Shown here piece by piece: positions 1 through 9,147 of a stretch of 64,000 nucleotides of DNA. The position numbers and the translations under genes are program-made. The notes under the pieces are model-generated. The model saw only the letters and a list, made by a program, of their open reading frames with translations, was not told the DNA's origin and made no database searches. This DNA comes from an uncultured Actinomycetota bacterium (GTDB lineage: Bacteria > Actinomycetota > Actinomycetes > JAFAQI01), in the NCBI GenBank assembly GCA_963835405.1, contig CAWIFV010000009.1, positions 221,221 to 285,220 on the forward strand, read 5' to 3'. Each line of letters starts with the position of its first letter. The first letter of the stretch is position 1.

Positions 1-1
1 G

Positions 2-634
2 TACCACCTGCTCACCAACCACCTGTCTGCCATGGTGGCGATGGTCGACGAGAACGCCCCGCCGATGGAGCTACCCGAGGACGGGCGGCAGTTCAGCTCT
101 CCGCAGGGGCACGGCATGGGCTTCTTCTTCAACGCGAACATGCAGGACTCCGGCCCGCTGGACAAGTATTACGAAGCGATGCGCCCCAAGATCGTCGAAC
201 GCATCGGCGAAGCCCGCGCTCGTGGTCCGCTGATCAGCCACGGCAACATCTTCCCCAACCTCGGCTTCCTGCCGGGCACCGGCGTGCTCCGCGTCTTCCA
301 CCCCCGCGGTCCCGGCGAGATGGAGATCTGGTCGTGGGTCGTCGTCGACAAGGACGCCCCGCCTGAGGTGAAGGAAGCCCAGCGGCTGTTCACGGTGCGC
401 ACGTTCACCGCCGCCGGCATCTTCGAGCAGGACGACAGCGAGACCTGGGCCGACTGCCAGCGCAACTCGACCGCGTCCGTCGTTCGCGACAACCCGTGGA
501 TCTACCAGATGAACCTCGGCCGGTCCGGACCTGACAGTGACTACCCCGGCAATGTCTCGTTCGTGCTCAGCGAGGAGGCCGCTCGAGGCTTCTACCGGCG
601 CTATGTCGAGCTGATGACGGAGGAGGGCGCGTGA
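2..634 (+). CDS. Rieske-type aromatic ring-hydroxylating dioxygenase alpha subunit, C-terminal catalytic domain; the 5' end lies outside the window
   Basis: The reading frame is open from the window edge. The translation (NIFPNLGFLPGTGVLRVFHPRGPGEMEIWSW, IFEQDDSETWADCQRN) is typical of the alpha-subunit catalytic domain. Its stop overlaps the start of a beta-subunit gene. Confidence 0.8.
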   Translation, partial: YHLLTNHLSAMVAMVDENAPPMELPEDGRQFSSPQGHGMGFFFNANMQDSGPLDKYYEAMRPKIVERIGEARARGPLISHGNIFPNLGFLPGTGVLRVFHPRGPGEMEIWSWVVVDKDAPPEVKEAQRLFTVRTFTAAGIFEQDDSETWADCQRNSTASVVRDNPWIYQMNLGRSGPDSDYPGNVSFVLSEEAARGFYRRYVELMTEEGA

Positions 635-1212
635 CTACGACGGAGACAGTCCCGCCGACCACCGCGTACGCCGCGTCGCAGGCGGGCGACCTGCCGCCGA
701 TCGTCGGACCCGATCTGCAGCACGAGATCCAGCAGTTTCTCTACTTCGAAGCGCAGCTGCTCGACGAGCATCGCTACGAGGAATGGCTCGAGCTGTTCGC
801 CGCGGACCTGCACTACTGGATGCCGGCGCGCACCAACCGGCTGCGCCGCCAGCAGAACCTCGAGGTGTCGACGCCCACGGACGTCGCCCACTTCGACGAG
901 ACAGCGACGTCGCTACGTCAGCGGGTGCGGCGGTTGGAGTCCGGCATGGCCTGGGCGGAGGACCCGAGGTCACGCACCCGCCGGCTGTTGACCAACGTGC
1001 GGGTCCGTCCGGGTGAGTTCGAGGGCGAATATGCCGTGACGTCGAACTTCATCGTCTACAAGAACCGGCTCGACCGCGACCATGACCTCATGGTCGGCGA
1101 GCGGGAGGACCTGCTGCGCCGCGTTGCTCCCCTGCGTTGGCGCATTGCGAAGCGCAAGATCCTGCTCGACCAGACGGTCGTGTTGAGCCAGAGCTTGGTG
1201 AACTTCCTTTGA
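631..1212 (+). CDS. ring-hydroxylating dioxygenase beta (small) subunit, NTF2/SnoaL-like fold
   Basis: The 193-aa ORF (IQQFLYFEAQLLDEHRYEEWLELFAADLHYWMP) is a typical beta subunit. Its start overlaps the stop of the alpha-subunit gene (GTGA). Confidence 0.85.
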   Translation: MTTTETVPPTTAYAASQAGDLPPIVGPDLQHEIQQFLYFEAQLLDEHRYEEWLELFAADLHYWMPARTNRLRRQQNLEVSTPTDVAHFDETATSLRQRVRRLESGMAWAEDPRSRTRRLLTNVRVRPGEFEGEYAVTSNFIVYKNRLDRDHDLMVGEREDLLRRVAPLRWRIAKRKILLDQTVVLSQSLVNFL

Positions 1213-2903
1213 GCGCCGACACCGCCGTCGTACCGAACCCGCGGCGAGAGCGAGCCGACGACCCCGCCTTCGTCGGCCCGGACTGGACCCACTGGACCTT
1301 GCCCGCGCTGTTCCTCGAGCACGTGCGGGAGCGGCCGGACGACGCCGCCGTGCGCTGGCGCGAGGGCGACGACTGGCGGCAGTGGACATGGGCCGAGTAC
1401 GCCGACACCGTCGCCCGGCTGGCTGCGTCATTCCGGTCGCTCGGAATCCAACGGGGTGACCGCGCCGTCCTGTTTCTGGCCAATACGCAGCAGTTCCACG
1501 TCATCGACCTGGCACTGTCCTTCCTCGGCGCCTGCGCCGTGTCGATCTACACAACCGCCGCACCGGACCAGATCCGCTACATCTCCGATCACTGCGAGGC
1601 GGTGATCGCGTTTGCCGAACCGGGGCCCGCCCTTGACCGGGTTCGCGCCGTGGCCTCCGAGTTGCCGCGACTGCGCCACGCGGTGACGACGGGTCGCGCC
1701 GAGCCCGGTGTGGTCGGCTTCGACGAACTCGTCGCAACGGAACCCGCGTCGCTCACCGCTCTGGCGGCCGAGCTCGAGCCAACCGAGCTTGCGACGATCG
1801 TCTACACCTCCGGCACGACCGGGCCACCGAAGGGTGTGATGATCGACCACCGGGTGGCGATCATGAGCGTCCGTGCGCAGTACTTCGCCCTGGGTCGGCC
1901 GCTGCGAGGCTGGCGGCTCATCTCCTACATGCCGCATGCCCATGTGGGTGAGCGGATAGCCGGTTACTACACGCACCTGGCCCAGGGGACTCTTGCGTAT
2001 TGCTGCCCCAACTTCGCGGAGATCGGCCAATACCTCGTCGACGTCCGGCCGCAGCTCTTCCTTGCGCCACCTCGGGTGTGGGAGAAGCTGCACGCGACAA
2101 TCGCGGCGAGCGAAGCGCCTGCGCACGAGGCCATCGCGGCTGTCGGGCTCGACGAGTGCGAGGTGGCGGTCATCGGCGGCGCCGGACTCAGCCCTGACGT
2201 GCAGCGGTTCTTCCTCGACGTCGGTGTGCCGATCTCGGAGGGATACGGGCTGACCGAGAGCGGGCTGCTGACCTGGGAGGTGGACGAGCCGCGCCCGGGC
2301 ACGGTCGGGCGGGCGTTGCCCGGGATCGAGCTGCGACTGGCCGACGACGGCGAGATCCTCTGTCGGCCCTCAGATGGCCCGGGTTTCCTCGGCTACCTCA
2401 AGGATCCCGAGCGCACCGCCGAGGTCCTGACGACCGACGGCTGGCTGCGCACCGGCGACCTCGGGGCGATCGACGGCGATGGCTACGTCAGCATCGTCGG
2501 CCGTAAGAAGGAACTCATCGTCACCGCCGGTGGCAAGAACGTCTCCCCCGGAAACCTCGAGGAGTCGCTTCGGGCGTATCCATTCATCGCTCACGCCTGC
2601 GTCATCGGCGACGGCCGTCCCTACATCGCCGCGCTCGTCGTGATCGACCCGGCCGAGGTCCAGCACCGCGACGTCGACGCGGTGCGTACCGAGCTCGCCG
2701 CTGCGGTCGCCACGATCAACCGCAGCGTCTCGCGGGCCGAAAGCATCCGTCGCGTCGCGCTGCTGTACGACGAGTGGTCGCCGGGCAGCGAAGAGTTGAC
2801 AGCGACCGGGAAGCTGCGCCGCCCCAACGTGCTCAAGCGGTACGCCGCCGAGATCGACGCGATCTACGCCGGCACGGTCGGTTTCGACATCTCCTCCGGC
2901 TGA
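1209..2903 (+). CDS. AMP-dependent acyl-CoA synthetase/ligase (FadD-like)
   Basis: It carries the AMP-binding motif IVYTSGTTGPPKGVM and the C-terminal motifs GWLRTGDLG and GRKKELIVTAGGKNV. The proposed TTG start at 1209 overlaps the upstream TGA; the start is uncertain because the ORF is open from 1137. Confidence 0.8.
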   Translation: MSADTAVVPNPRRERADDPAFVGPDWTHWTLPALFLEHVRERPDDAAVRWREGDDWRQWTWAEYADTVARLAASFRSLGIQRGDRAVLFLANTQQFHVIDLALSFLGACAVSIYTTAAPDQIRYISDHCEAVIAFAEPGPALDRVRAVASELPRLRHAVTTGRAEPGVVGFDELVATEPASLTALAAELEPTELATIVYTSGTTGPPKGVMIDHRVAIMSVRAQYFALGRPLRGWRLISYMPHAHVGERIAGYYTHLAQGTLAYCCPNFAEIGQYLVDVRPQLFLAPPRVWEKLHATIAASEAPAHEAIAAVGLDECEVAVIGGAGLSPDVQRFFLDVGVPISEGYGLTESGLLTWEVDEPRPGTVGRALPGIELRLADDGEILCRPSDGPGFLGYLKDPERTAEVLTTDGWLRTGDLGAIDGDGYVSIVGRKKELIVTAGGKNVSPGNLEESLRAYPFIAHACVIGDGRPYIAALVVIDPAEVQHRDVDAVRTELAAAVATINRSVSRAESIRRVALLYDEWSPGSEELTATGKLRRPNVLKRYAAEIDAIYAGTVGFDISSG

Positions 2904-2909
2904 GGGGAC

Positions 2910-4025
2910 TCAGGCGCGGGGCAGGCCGAGCAACCGCTCGGCGATGATGCCGTCCTGGATCTGCGCAGTGCCGCCGGCGATGCTCATCCCGCGGGAGTAG
3001 AGGTAGTCGTCGTACCAGCGCGCGTCCGCGCCGGTGACGGCGGTCGGGCCGAGCACGTCGACGGCGGTCCGGTGGATCTGCTGCCACACGCGCGTGAGCA
3101 GCACCTTGTCGATCGACGACTCCGGGCCGGGCGCGCTGCCGTCGAGCCGCTGCGACAGGCTGCGCAGCACGTGGACCCGCAGCACGTGCTGCGCGACGCG
3201 TGCCCGCGCCACCTTGGCCCGCGACACGGCGTCGGCGTCGCGAACCCGCTCCTCGAGCTCTCGCAGCGACCGCTCGAGCCGGGCAATGACGCCGATGTCC
3301 GCGGGTCCGCGCTCGTAGCCGAACAGCGACATCGCGAGCGACCATCCGACGCCCTCGTCACCGACGCGCGATGCCTGCGGCACGACGACGTCGTCGAAGA
3401 AGACCTGGCCGAAGTCGCGGTCCCCGTTGATCATCCGGATCGCGCTCACCGTCACGCCCGGGCTCGCCAGCGGTACGACGAAGCACGACAGCCCACGGTG
3501 CCGGCTCGCGAGGTCACCGGTACGCGCGAGCAGGAAGCAGTACTGCGCCCACGCCGCCTCACTCGTCCAGATCTTCTGGCCGCTGATGACGTAGTCGTCG
3601 CCCTGCCGGGTCGCGCGCGTGGTGACGGCCGCGAGGTCGGACCCGGCACCGGGCTCGCTGAACCCTTGGCACCAGGTGTCCTCGCCCGCGAGCAGCCGGC
3701 GCAGGTAGCGCCGCTTCTGCTCCTCGCTGCCGTAGTTGAGGAACGCCCTGCCGAGGAAGCCGATCGGGGGCAGTGCCGGCGCGAAGGTGGCGCCGATCTC
3801 GTCGTTGAGGATGAGCTCGTAAACCGGGCTCAGCCCCTGGCCGCCGTACTCGATGGGCCACGACAGGCCCAGCCACCCGGCGGCGAACAGCATGCGATGC
3901 CAGTCGTTCCGCTGCCGGATCCGCGCGTCGTCGTCGGCCGGCTGCTCTCCCGGGGCGTTCGCCTCGAGCCACGCCCGCAGCCGGGCGCGGAAATCAGCCT
4001 CCTCGGGCGTGTCCTGGAAGTTCAT
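2910..4025 (-). CDS. acyl-CoA dehydrogenase
   Basis: The 371-aa product begins MNFQDTPEEADFRARL at ATG 4025. It shows ACAD motifs (WCQGFSEPGAGSD, ISGQKIWTS, GGTAQIQDGIIAERLLGLPR). The ATGA overlaps the stop of the upstream ACAD-like gene. Confidence 0.9.
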   Translation of the reverse strand: MNFQDTPEEADFRARLRAWLEANAPGEQPADDDARIRQRNDWHRMLFAAGWLGLSWPIEYGGQGLSPVYELILNDEIGATFAPALPPIGFLGRAFLNYGSEEQKRRYLRRLLAGEDTWCQGFSEPGAGSDLAAVTTRATRQGDDYVISGQKIWTSEAAWAQYCFLLARTGDLASRHRGLSCFVVPLASPGVTVSAIRMINGDRDFGQVFFDDVVVPQASRVGDEGVGWSLAMSLFGYERGPADIGVIARLERSLRELEERVRDADAVSRAKVARARVAQHVLRVHVLRSLSQRLDGSAPGPESSIDKVLLTRVWQQIHRTAVDVLGPTAVTGADARWYDDYLYSRGMSIAGGTAQIQDGIIAERLLGLPRA

Positions 4026-5025
4026 CCGCCCGCCATGGCGCCGGCAAGGGATGCGTAGTGCCACTCCTCGTCGCCGAAGAGCATCCGGTCGAGCCAGCCG
4101 CGTCGCAAGTAGAGATGCGCCGGACAATCCCAGGTCATCCCCATGCCGCCCCACACCTGCACGGCTGACTCGCAGACCCGCGGGCCGACGGTCGCGCAGT
4201 AGGCCTTCGCCATCCGTGCGGCCTCGAGCGCGGCATGGGCGTCCAGAGTGTCGACCGCCCACGCCGCTTGCCACGTCGCACTGCGTGCAACTCTCGACAT
4301 CGACCAGCGCCTCGGCGGCGAGGTGCTGCACGGCCTGGAACGACCCGATCGGTCGGCCGAACTGCTGGCGGGTCTTGGCGTGCTCGACGGCGAGATCGAG
4401 CGTCGCGCTCAGCACCCCGACGAGGTCGGCGCACACGACGGTCAGGGCGAACGCGGTCCACGCCGCGCGCTCGTCCGCCGGCAACGTGCCGACGCGGTCA
4501 CGCGCCGGGCCGGGGGTACGACGCGAAGCTCCCGCGTCAGGTCGGCGCCGTCCGCGATGTCCGTCAAGCCGCCGAGCGCGACCGTGCCGTCGAGAGCAAC
4601 CGCCACCGCGGCCTCGGCGCCGACCGCGTCAACCGCGAGACCGGCATCGGACAGGGCGCCGAGCCGGTCGTCGAGAACAACGGCGTACCGCGTGGCGGGC
4701 GAGGCGACGAGACGGTCGAACGGGGAATCACTCCCCGAGCGCACGAGCAGGTCGGAAGCGAGCGTCGCGCCGAGGAACGGCGCCAGCACCAACTGCGCGG
4801 CCAGCGCCTCGGCGACGAGACACGTCTCGACCACGCCGGCGCCCATCCCGCCGCGGCCTTGCGGTATCCGCAGCGTCGTCAGTCCGGCACGCGCGAGTGC
4901 CGCCACGCCTCGTCGGCCGCGGCCGCCGCATCGGCGCGGGTAACCGACTTCAACGCGTGGTCGGCGGCAATGTGGCCGGCAGCGTCGGCGACTTGGCGCT
5001 GCTCTGCCGTGAGCGTCACATTCAT
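4022..5025 (-). pseudogene. second acyl-CoA dehydrogenase-family gene (partner subunit-like), interrupted by three frame changes
   Basis: ACAD-like translation can only be followed by switching frames. MNVTLTAEQRQVADAAG (start 5025) is followed by ALARAGLTTLRIPQGRGGMGAGVVETCLVAEAL, then LPADERAAWTAFALTVVCADLVGVLSATLDLAVEHAKTRQQFGRPIGSFQAVQHL, then ARSATWQAAWAVDTLD...WGGMGMTWDCPAHLYLRR. The switches fall near 4903, in the G run 4512-4516 (C run on the coding strand) and near 4289. Confidence 0.7.
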
Positions 5026-5800
5026 GCTCGCGCGCCACCGACGGGCTCTGCCGTGCCGGACCAGAACGGCGTGAAGTCCGGGACGCGCCCCTCGCGGAAG
5101 GCGGCGAAGCCCTCGGCCATCTCGGTCGGGATCGAGCGCGTCCACGGCAGTGGCCATGTCGCCCCACGCCGCGTCCCGGCGCTCGGTAAGTGACCGGAGG
5201 GCTTACTGCGACCGCGGTCGGGGCACCCGCGGAGACGATCGAACGGGCGAGGTCACAGCCGGCCTGCTCCGCCGCGCCGGCGGCGACGACCACGGTCGCG
5301 ATCCCGAGCGCCAGACTCTCGGTGGCGTCGAGCCGGCGCCGGGTTAGGACGATGTCCAGGGCGCGGCGCATGCCCACGATCGTCGGCAGCAGCGCCAGTG
5401 CGGTGTTCGGTACGACGCCCACGCCTACCTCGGGCAATGCCAGCATCGACTCGGTCGACAATACGGCGAGATGGCAGGACAGCACGAGTTCGAACGCGCC
5501 GCCGAGGGCAAGACCGTCCACGGCCGCGATGACCGGGCGGTCCTCCTCCTGCAGCGCGCGGAACAGGTCGGGCGGTGTGGGGCTCGCCGGTCGCAACGGG
5601 TCCGCGGTGAGGTCGGCACCGGCGCTGAAGCAGCGGCCGGCTGCGGAGATGACCACGGCCCGCGCTCCGTCGCCACGTGACCTCGACAGGCACGTGAGGA
5701 CCTCGTCGACCAGCTCCGCGGACAGGGCGTTGCGTCGCTTGTCGTCGCTCAGCTGAATGACGGCGACGTGGTCGCGCACCTCGTAGGCGACGAGGCTCAC
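5022..5800 (-). pseudogene. enoyl-CoA hydratase/isomerase (crotonase) with two frame changes near the 3' end
   Basis: The N-terminal 200 aa are intact crotonase (VVISAAGRCFSAGADL, AAVDGLALGGAFELVLSC). The C-terminus continues in other frames (ALRSLTERRDAAWGDMATAVDAL, then IPTEMAEGFAAFREGRVPDFTPFW). The switches fall near 5203 and 5132. The GTG start overlaps the upstream stop, and the final stop overlaps ATG 5025. Confidence 0.7.
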
Positions 5801-7404
5801 CGCAGCCCCAGTGTTCCGGGGTTGAGCCTCCCCGCCGGGTCAACGGTCCGCTTGATCGACTCGACGAGCTGCCAGGCAGTCCCGCCGCCGAGCGCGTCGC
5901 GGTAGGGGTAGACCTTTCCGATCTGGATGTTGAGGGCGCCGGCGGCGCGCAGCGCGTCGATCATCCGGTGGCGCAGGTCGACCGCCACGGCGGTCGCCTC
6001 CGCGTCATCGGGAATCGTCTCGAGCGCGCGGCGCTGCTCCTCGTCCTCGACGAAACTCAGCCGGAAGGGGCTCATCCGGCCCTGCCAGTAGATGATCGGC
6101 TCGATCGCGAAGCAGTTGTCGAACGCGAGGTAGTTGCGCGCCTCGAATATGCCGTGCAGCCGCATCAGCTCGGCGTTGTCGGCGAAGAACCGGTCGAGGA
6201 CCGCCACCGCAGCCGGGCCGGCCGACAGGGGAAACATCGCGTTGCTCGGGAAGTTGGTCTCGCCGTTCATGCCGATCATCAGCGCACTGACCGCGGGCAG
6301 CGGACCGAACCGCATGCCCAGCGCGAGCGCGGTCGGCAGCCTCTTGCCGCCGGCGTTCCGGGCGATGCGGTCGACCTTGCGCACGAGCCGGTCGCTGATG
6401 CGCATGTCCGGCGCGTCGACGACGACCGCGAGGGAGAACGGCGCGTCCTCCAGGAACTTCAGACCTCCCGGCCGTGCCGCCTTGGCCAGCTGACGCAGGG
6501 ACCGCAGCCGGCTCGACCCGGCGCGGAGCACGTCCGCCGCCATCTGGCGCATGACGTCCCTCGGCGGCCGCGGCATGTTGGTCATGGCCCGGCCCATGTA
6601 GTTGTCCGCGGCGATGCACTCCACCGACAGTCCGGTACGGGTGATCGCGGTCATCGCCTCGACAAGCTCGGCGACGGTGTCGAACCGGTAGCTCGCGAAC
6701 GACGTCCCGCGCGGCCGCGGCTCGAGCGCGAGGGTCACCGTGGTTTTGATGCCGAGAGCGCCGGAGTCGGAGAGGAAGAGCCCGGTCAAGTCGGGTCCGA
6801 AGTTGCGGGTGAAGGGAGCGCTGCCGACAGCGGCCGCCGCGCCGGTGCGCAGCACCCGGCCGTCACCGAGCACGACCTCGACCGAGCGCACGTGGTCGCT
6901 GAGGAGTCGGCGCCCGAGACCGGCGGAGTTCTGCGACAGGCCACCGCCGACCTGCGCATGGGCACCGGACAGCGTGCCGAAGAACGGCACCCGGTAGGGC
7001 TTGTCCTTCAGGAAGCCGTTGAGCTCCTGCCAGGTGATGCCGGTCTCGACGGTGATGTAGAGGTCGTCGGCGTTCCACTCGATGATGTGGTTCATCCGGC
7101 GCATGTCGACGAGGACGACACCGGCGTCGTCCGAGACGTGACCGCGGCAGTAGGACATCCCCCCACCGCGGACGACGAGGCGCAGGTCGTGCTCGGCCGC
7201 CAGCCGGACGAGGTCGACGACATCGTCGGTGCTCGCCGGCTGCACGACGGCAAGCGCCGTCGCGCCGGGCTCCTCGGAGAAGTCGAGTGAGAGCAGCTGC
7301 CGGGTGGCCTCGTCGACGAGCACCCGCGCGTCGCCGTACCGCGCACGGAGGACCTCGACGACATCGGCCTGCCCCTGCCGCGGCGTGATCGCGATCGTGC
7401 TCAT
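5797..7404 (-). CDS. FAD-binding oxidoreductase (PCMH-type, GlcD-like)
   Basis: Translation from MSTIAITPRQGQ includes the FAD_binding_4-like segment ALAVVQPASTDDVVDLVRLAAEHDLRLVVRGGGMSY. An AGGAGG Shine-Dalgarno sequence precedes ATG 7404. Confidence 0.8.
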   Translation of the reverse strand: MSTIAITPRQGQADVVEVLRARYGDARVLVDEATRQLLSLDFSEEPGATALAVVQPASTDDVVDLVRLAAEHDLRLVVRGGGMSYCRGHVSDDAGVVLVDMRRMNHIIEWNADDLYITVETGITWQELNGFLKDKPYRVPFFGTLSGAHAQVGGGLSQNSAGLGRRLLSDHVRSVEVVLGDGRVLRTGAAAAVGSAPFTRNFGPDLTGLFLSDSGALGIKTTVTLALEPRPRGTSFASYRFDTVAELVEAMTAITRTGLSVECIAADNYMGRAMTNMPRPPRDVMRQMAADVLRAGSSRLRSLRQLAKAARPGGLKFLEDAPFSLAVVVDAPDMRISDRLVRKVDRIARNAGGKRLPTALALGMRFGPLPAVSALMIGMNGETNFPSNAMFPLSAGPAAVAVLDRFFADNAELMRLHGIFEARNYLAFDNCFAIEPIIYWQGRMSPFRLSFVEDEEQRRALETIPDDAEATAVAVDLRHRMIDALRAAGALNIQIGKVYPYRDALGGGTAWQLVESIKRTVDPAGRLNPGTLGLR

Positions 7405-7448
7405 CCGGCCTCCTGGGCCATGAGGGAACCGTCCTACTGTTGTGCGAC

Positions 7449-7461
7449 TTTGTATGACAAA
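7449..7461. promoter_or_regulatory. 13-bp palindrome TTTGT-ATG-ACAAA in a divergent promoter region
   Basis: Read directly from an AT-richer patch of the 140-nt region between the divergent genes starting at 7404 (-) and 7545 (+). Confidence 0.3.
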
Positions 7462-7544
7462 ATGCGCGTGGCGTCCACCGACATCACGGTCCAGCACCCA
7501 ACCCGGCAAGCCAGCCGAGCCCACGACCCCGAGCGGAGGCGGTC

Positions 7545-7897
7545 ATGAGCGTTGCACCGAACCAGCCCGCCGCGGCGGCGGGTCGGCGTGCGGGTCTGCG
7601 ACGTCGGGGGCTGCCGGCGGAGGACGAGGCGTGTGTGTCGCGTACGACGGCGAGCCGGTCGCCATCTTCAACGTCGACGGCGACTACCTCGCCGTCGCTG
7701 ACACGTGCACGCACGCCCACTCCTCTTTGTCCGAGGAGGGTTGGGTCGAGCATGGCCGGGTGGAGTGCGGTTTCCACGGCGCGCAGTTCGACCTGCGGAC
7801 GGGCGCGGTATGCCGCCTGCCCGCGCGGGTTCCGCTGAGGTCCTACGTCGTCGAGGTCCGTGGCTCGGACGTCTGGCTCCGCGGCGGCACGGGATGA
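7545..7897 (+). pseudogene. Rieske [2Fe-2S] ferredoxin component, with 2-3 frame changes in the first 90 nt
   Basis: The C-terminal 90 aa are intact (VAIFNVDGDYLAVADTCTHAHSSLSEEGWVEHGRVECGFHGAQFDLRTG). The N-terminal motif pieces VRVCDVGG, LPAEDEA and VCVAYDGEP lie in three different frames. ATG 7545 has a GGAGG Shine-Dalgarno sequence; a GTG at 7588 is an alternative start. Confidence 0.65.
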
Positions 7898-9071
7898 CTC
7901 CGCGGACGGTCGCCGTGGTCGGCGCCTCCGTGGCAGGCACTCGGGTGGCGACCGCGCTGCGCACGGAGGGGATGACGGCAACATCGTGCTCGTGGGCGCG
8001 GAGCCGTACGAGCCCTACGACCGACCGCCGTTGTCGAGGATCTGCTCACCACGGCCGAGCCGGACCCGGCCGGGATCCGGCTGTTGACCGTCGACGACGC
8101 TGCGGCGCAGGACGTGGACCTGATGCTCGGCCGGGCCGCGACGGCGCTCGAGCCCGGTGATCGGACGGTGATACTCGACGACGGCCATCGGCTGCGGGCC
8201 GACGCCGTCGTCGTCGCGACCGGCGCCGCGCCGTACCGGCTGCCGATCACCGCTGGCGACGACGTGCACTACCTCCGGACGCTGGATGACGCGCAAGCGC
8301 TGCGCGCGGCGCTCGATGTCGCGCACCGGGTCGTCGTCATCGGCGCCGGCTTCATCGGGTGCGAGGTCGCGGCGGCCGCGCGCGGGCGGGGCGCCGACGT
8401 GACCGTCGTCGACGCCGACCTGCGGCCGTTCGACCGGTTCGTCGGCCACGAGCTCGCCTCGTCGTACCGGCAGCTACACGAGACGAACAGCGTGCGGTTC
8501 CGGTTCGGCGGAGCGATCGTGGACGTCCGCGGAAGGCGCGGCGACCACGAGGTCGAGCTCTACGACGGCTCCCGGCTGGCAGCCGACACCGTCGTCGTCG
8601 GAGTCGGCGTTCCGGCCGGTCGTCGGCTGGCTCGCCGGGCTCGGCATCGCCGGCGCCGGCGGGGTGCAGACCGACGCGACCGGAGCAACGGCGCTCCCCG
8701 GCGTCTATGCCGTCGGCGACGTCGCCGCGTGGCCGCAGGAACCGGGCGGCGCGAGCCGAGTCGCCGGGCACTGGACGGCGGCGATCGGTCAGGCCGAGAC
8801 GGTCGCGCGCCGCCTCGTCCACGGCAGCGCAGACCCGTGGTACGGCGACCGGTACGTACGGTCCGATCAGTACGGCGTCCGGATCCAGGTGGCCGGCTCA
8901 CCCCGGATCGGGGATGAACTGACGATCATCGACGGAGCCCTCGGCGAACCGCTCGGTCTGGTCGCGCAGTGGTCGCGAGACGGCTCCCCGTCCGGCGTGG
9001 TCGCGCTCGGCAACCCCCGCGGGTTCACCCGCGTCCGGCGCCGGCTGCTCCATGCCGCGGTGCCTGCCTGA
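7894..9071 (+). pseudogene. FAD/NAD(P)H ferredoxin reductase (pyridine nucleotide-disulfide oxidoreductase) with three frame changes
   Basis: Pieces lie in four frame segments: MTPRTVAVVGASVAGTRVATALRTEG, DDGNIVLVGAEPYEPYDRPPLS, DLLTT...VVVIGAGFIGCEVAAAARGRGADVTVVD...VVVGVGV, and PVVGWLAGLG...LPGVYAVGDVAAWP. The switches fall at the G run 7968-7971, near 8037 and near 8612. The ATGA start overlaps the ferredoxin stop. Confidence 0.7.
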
Positions 9072-9076
9072 TCTGT

Positions 9077-9099
9077 CTGGACCGTCATAGACGGTCCAG
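9077..9099. terminator. perfect 10-bp stem / 3-nt loop hairpin (CTGGACCGTC ATA GACGGTCCAG); terminator and/or operator
   Basis: I checked the base pairing by hand. It lies 6 nt after the reductase stop and about 50 nt upstream of the ABC operon start, followed by an AT-richer stretch ending in TACACT. Confidence 0.45.
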
Positions 9100-9147
9100 G
9101 ATTGTCTTACTAAACTGCCCTACACTCGGACTTCGGAGGACCGGCAC

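Noticed and set aside
7588-7590. A simpler model for the Rieske ferredoxin, starting at GTG 7588 and needing only two frame changes instead of three.
   Set aside because: I did not fully reject this model. ATG 7545 has the much better Shine-Dalgarno sequence (GGAGG, 5-nt spacing), so I used it for the feature coordinates. Both models still require frame changes.
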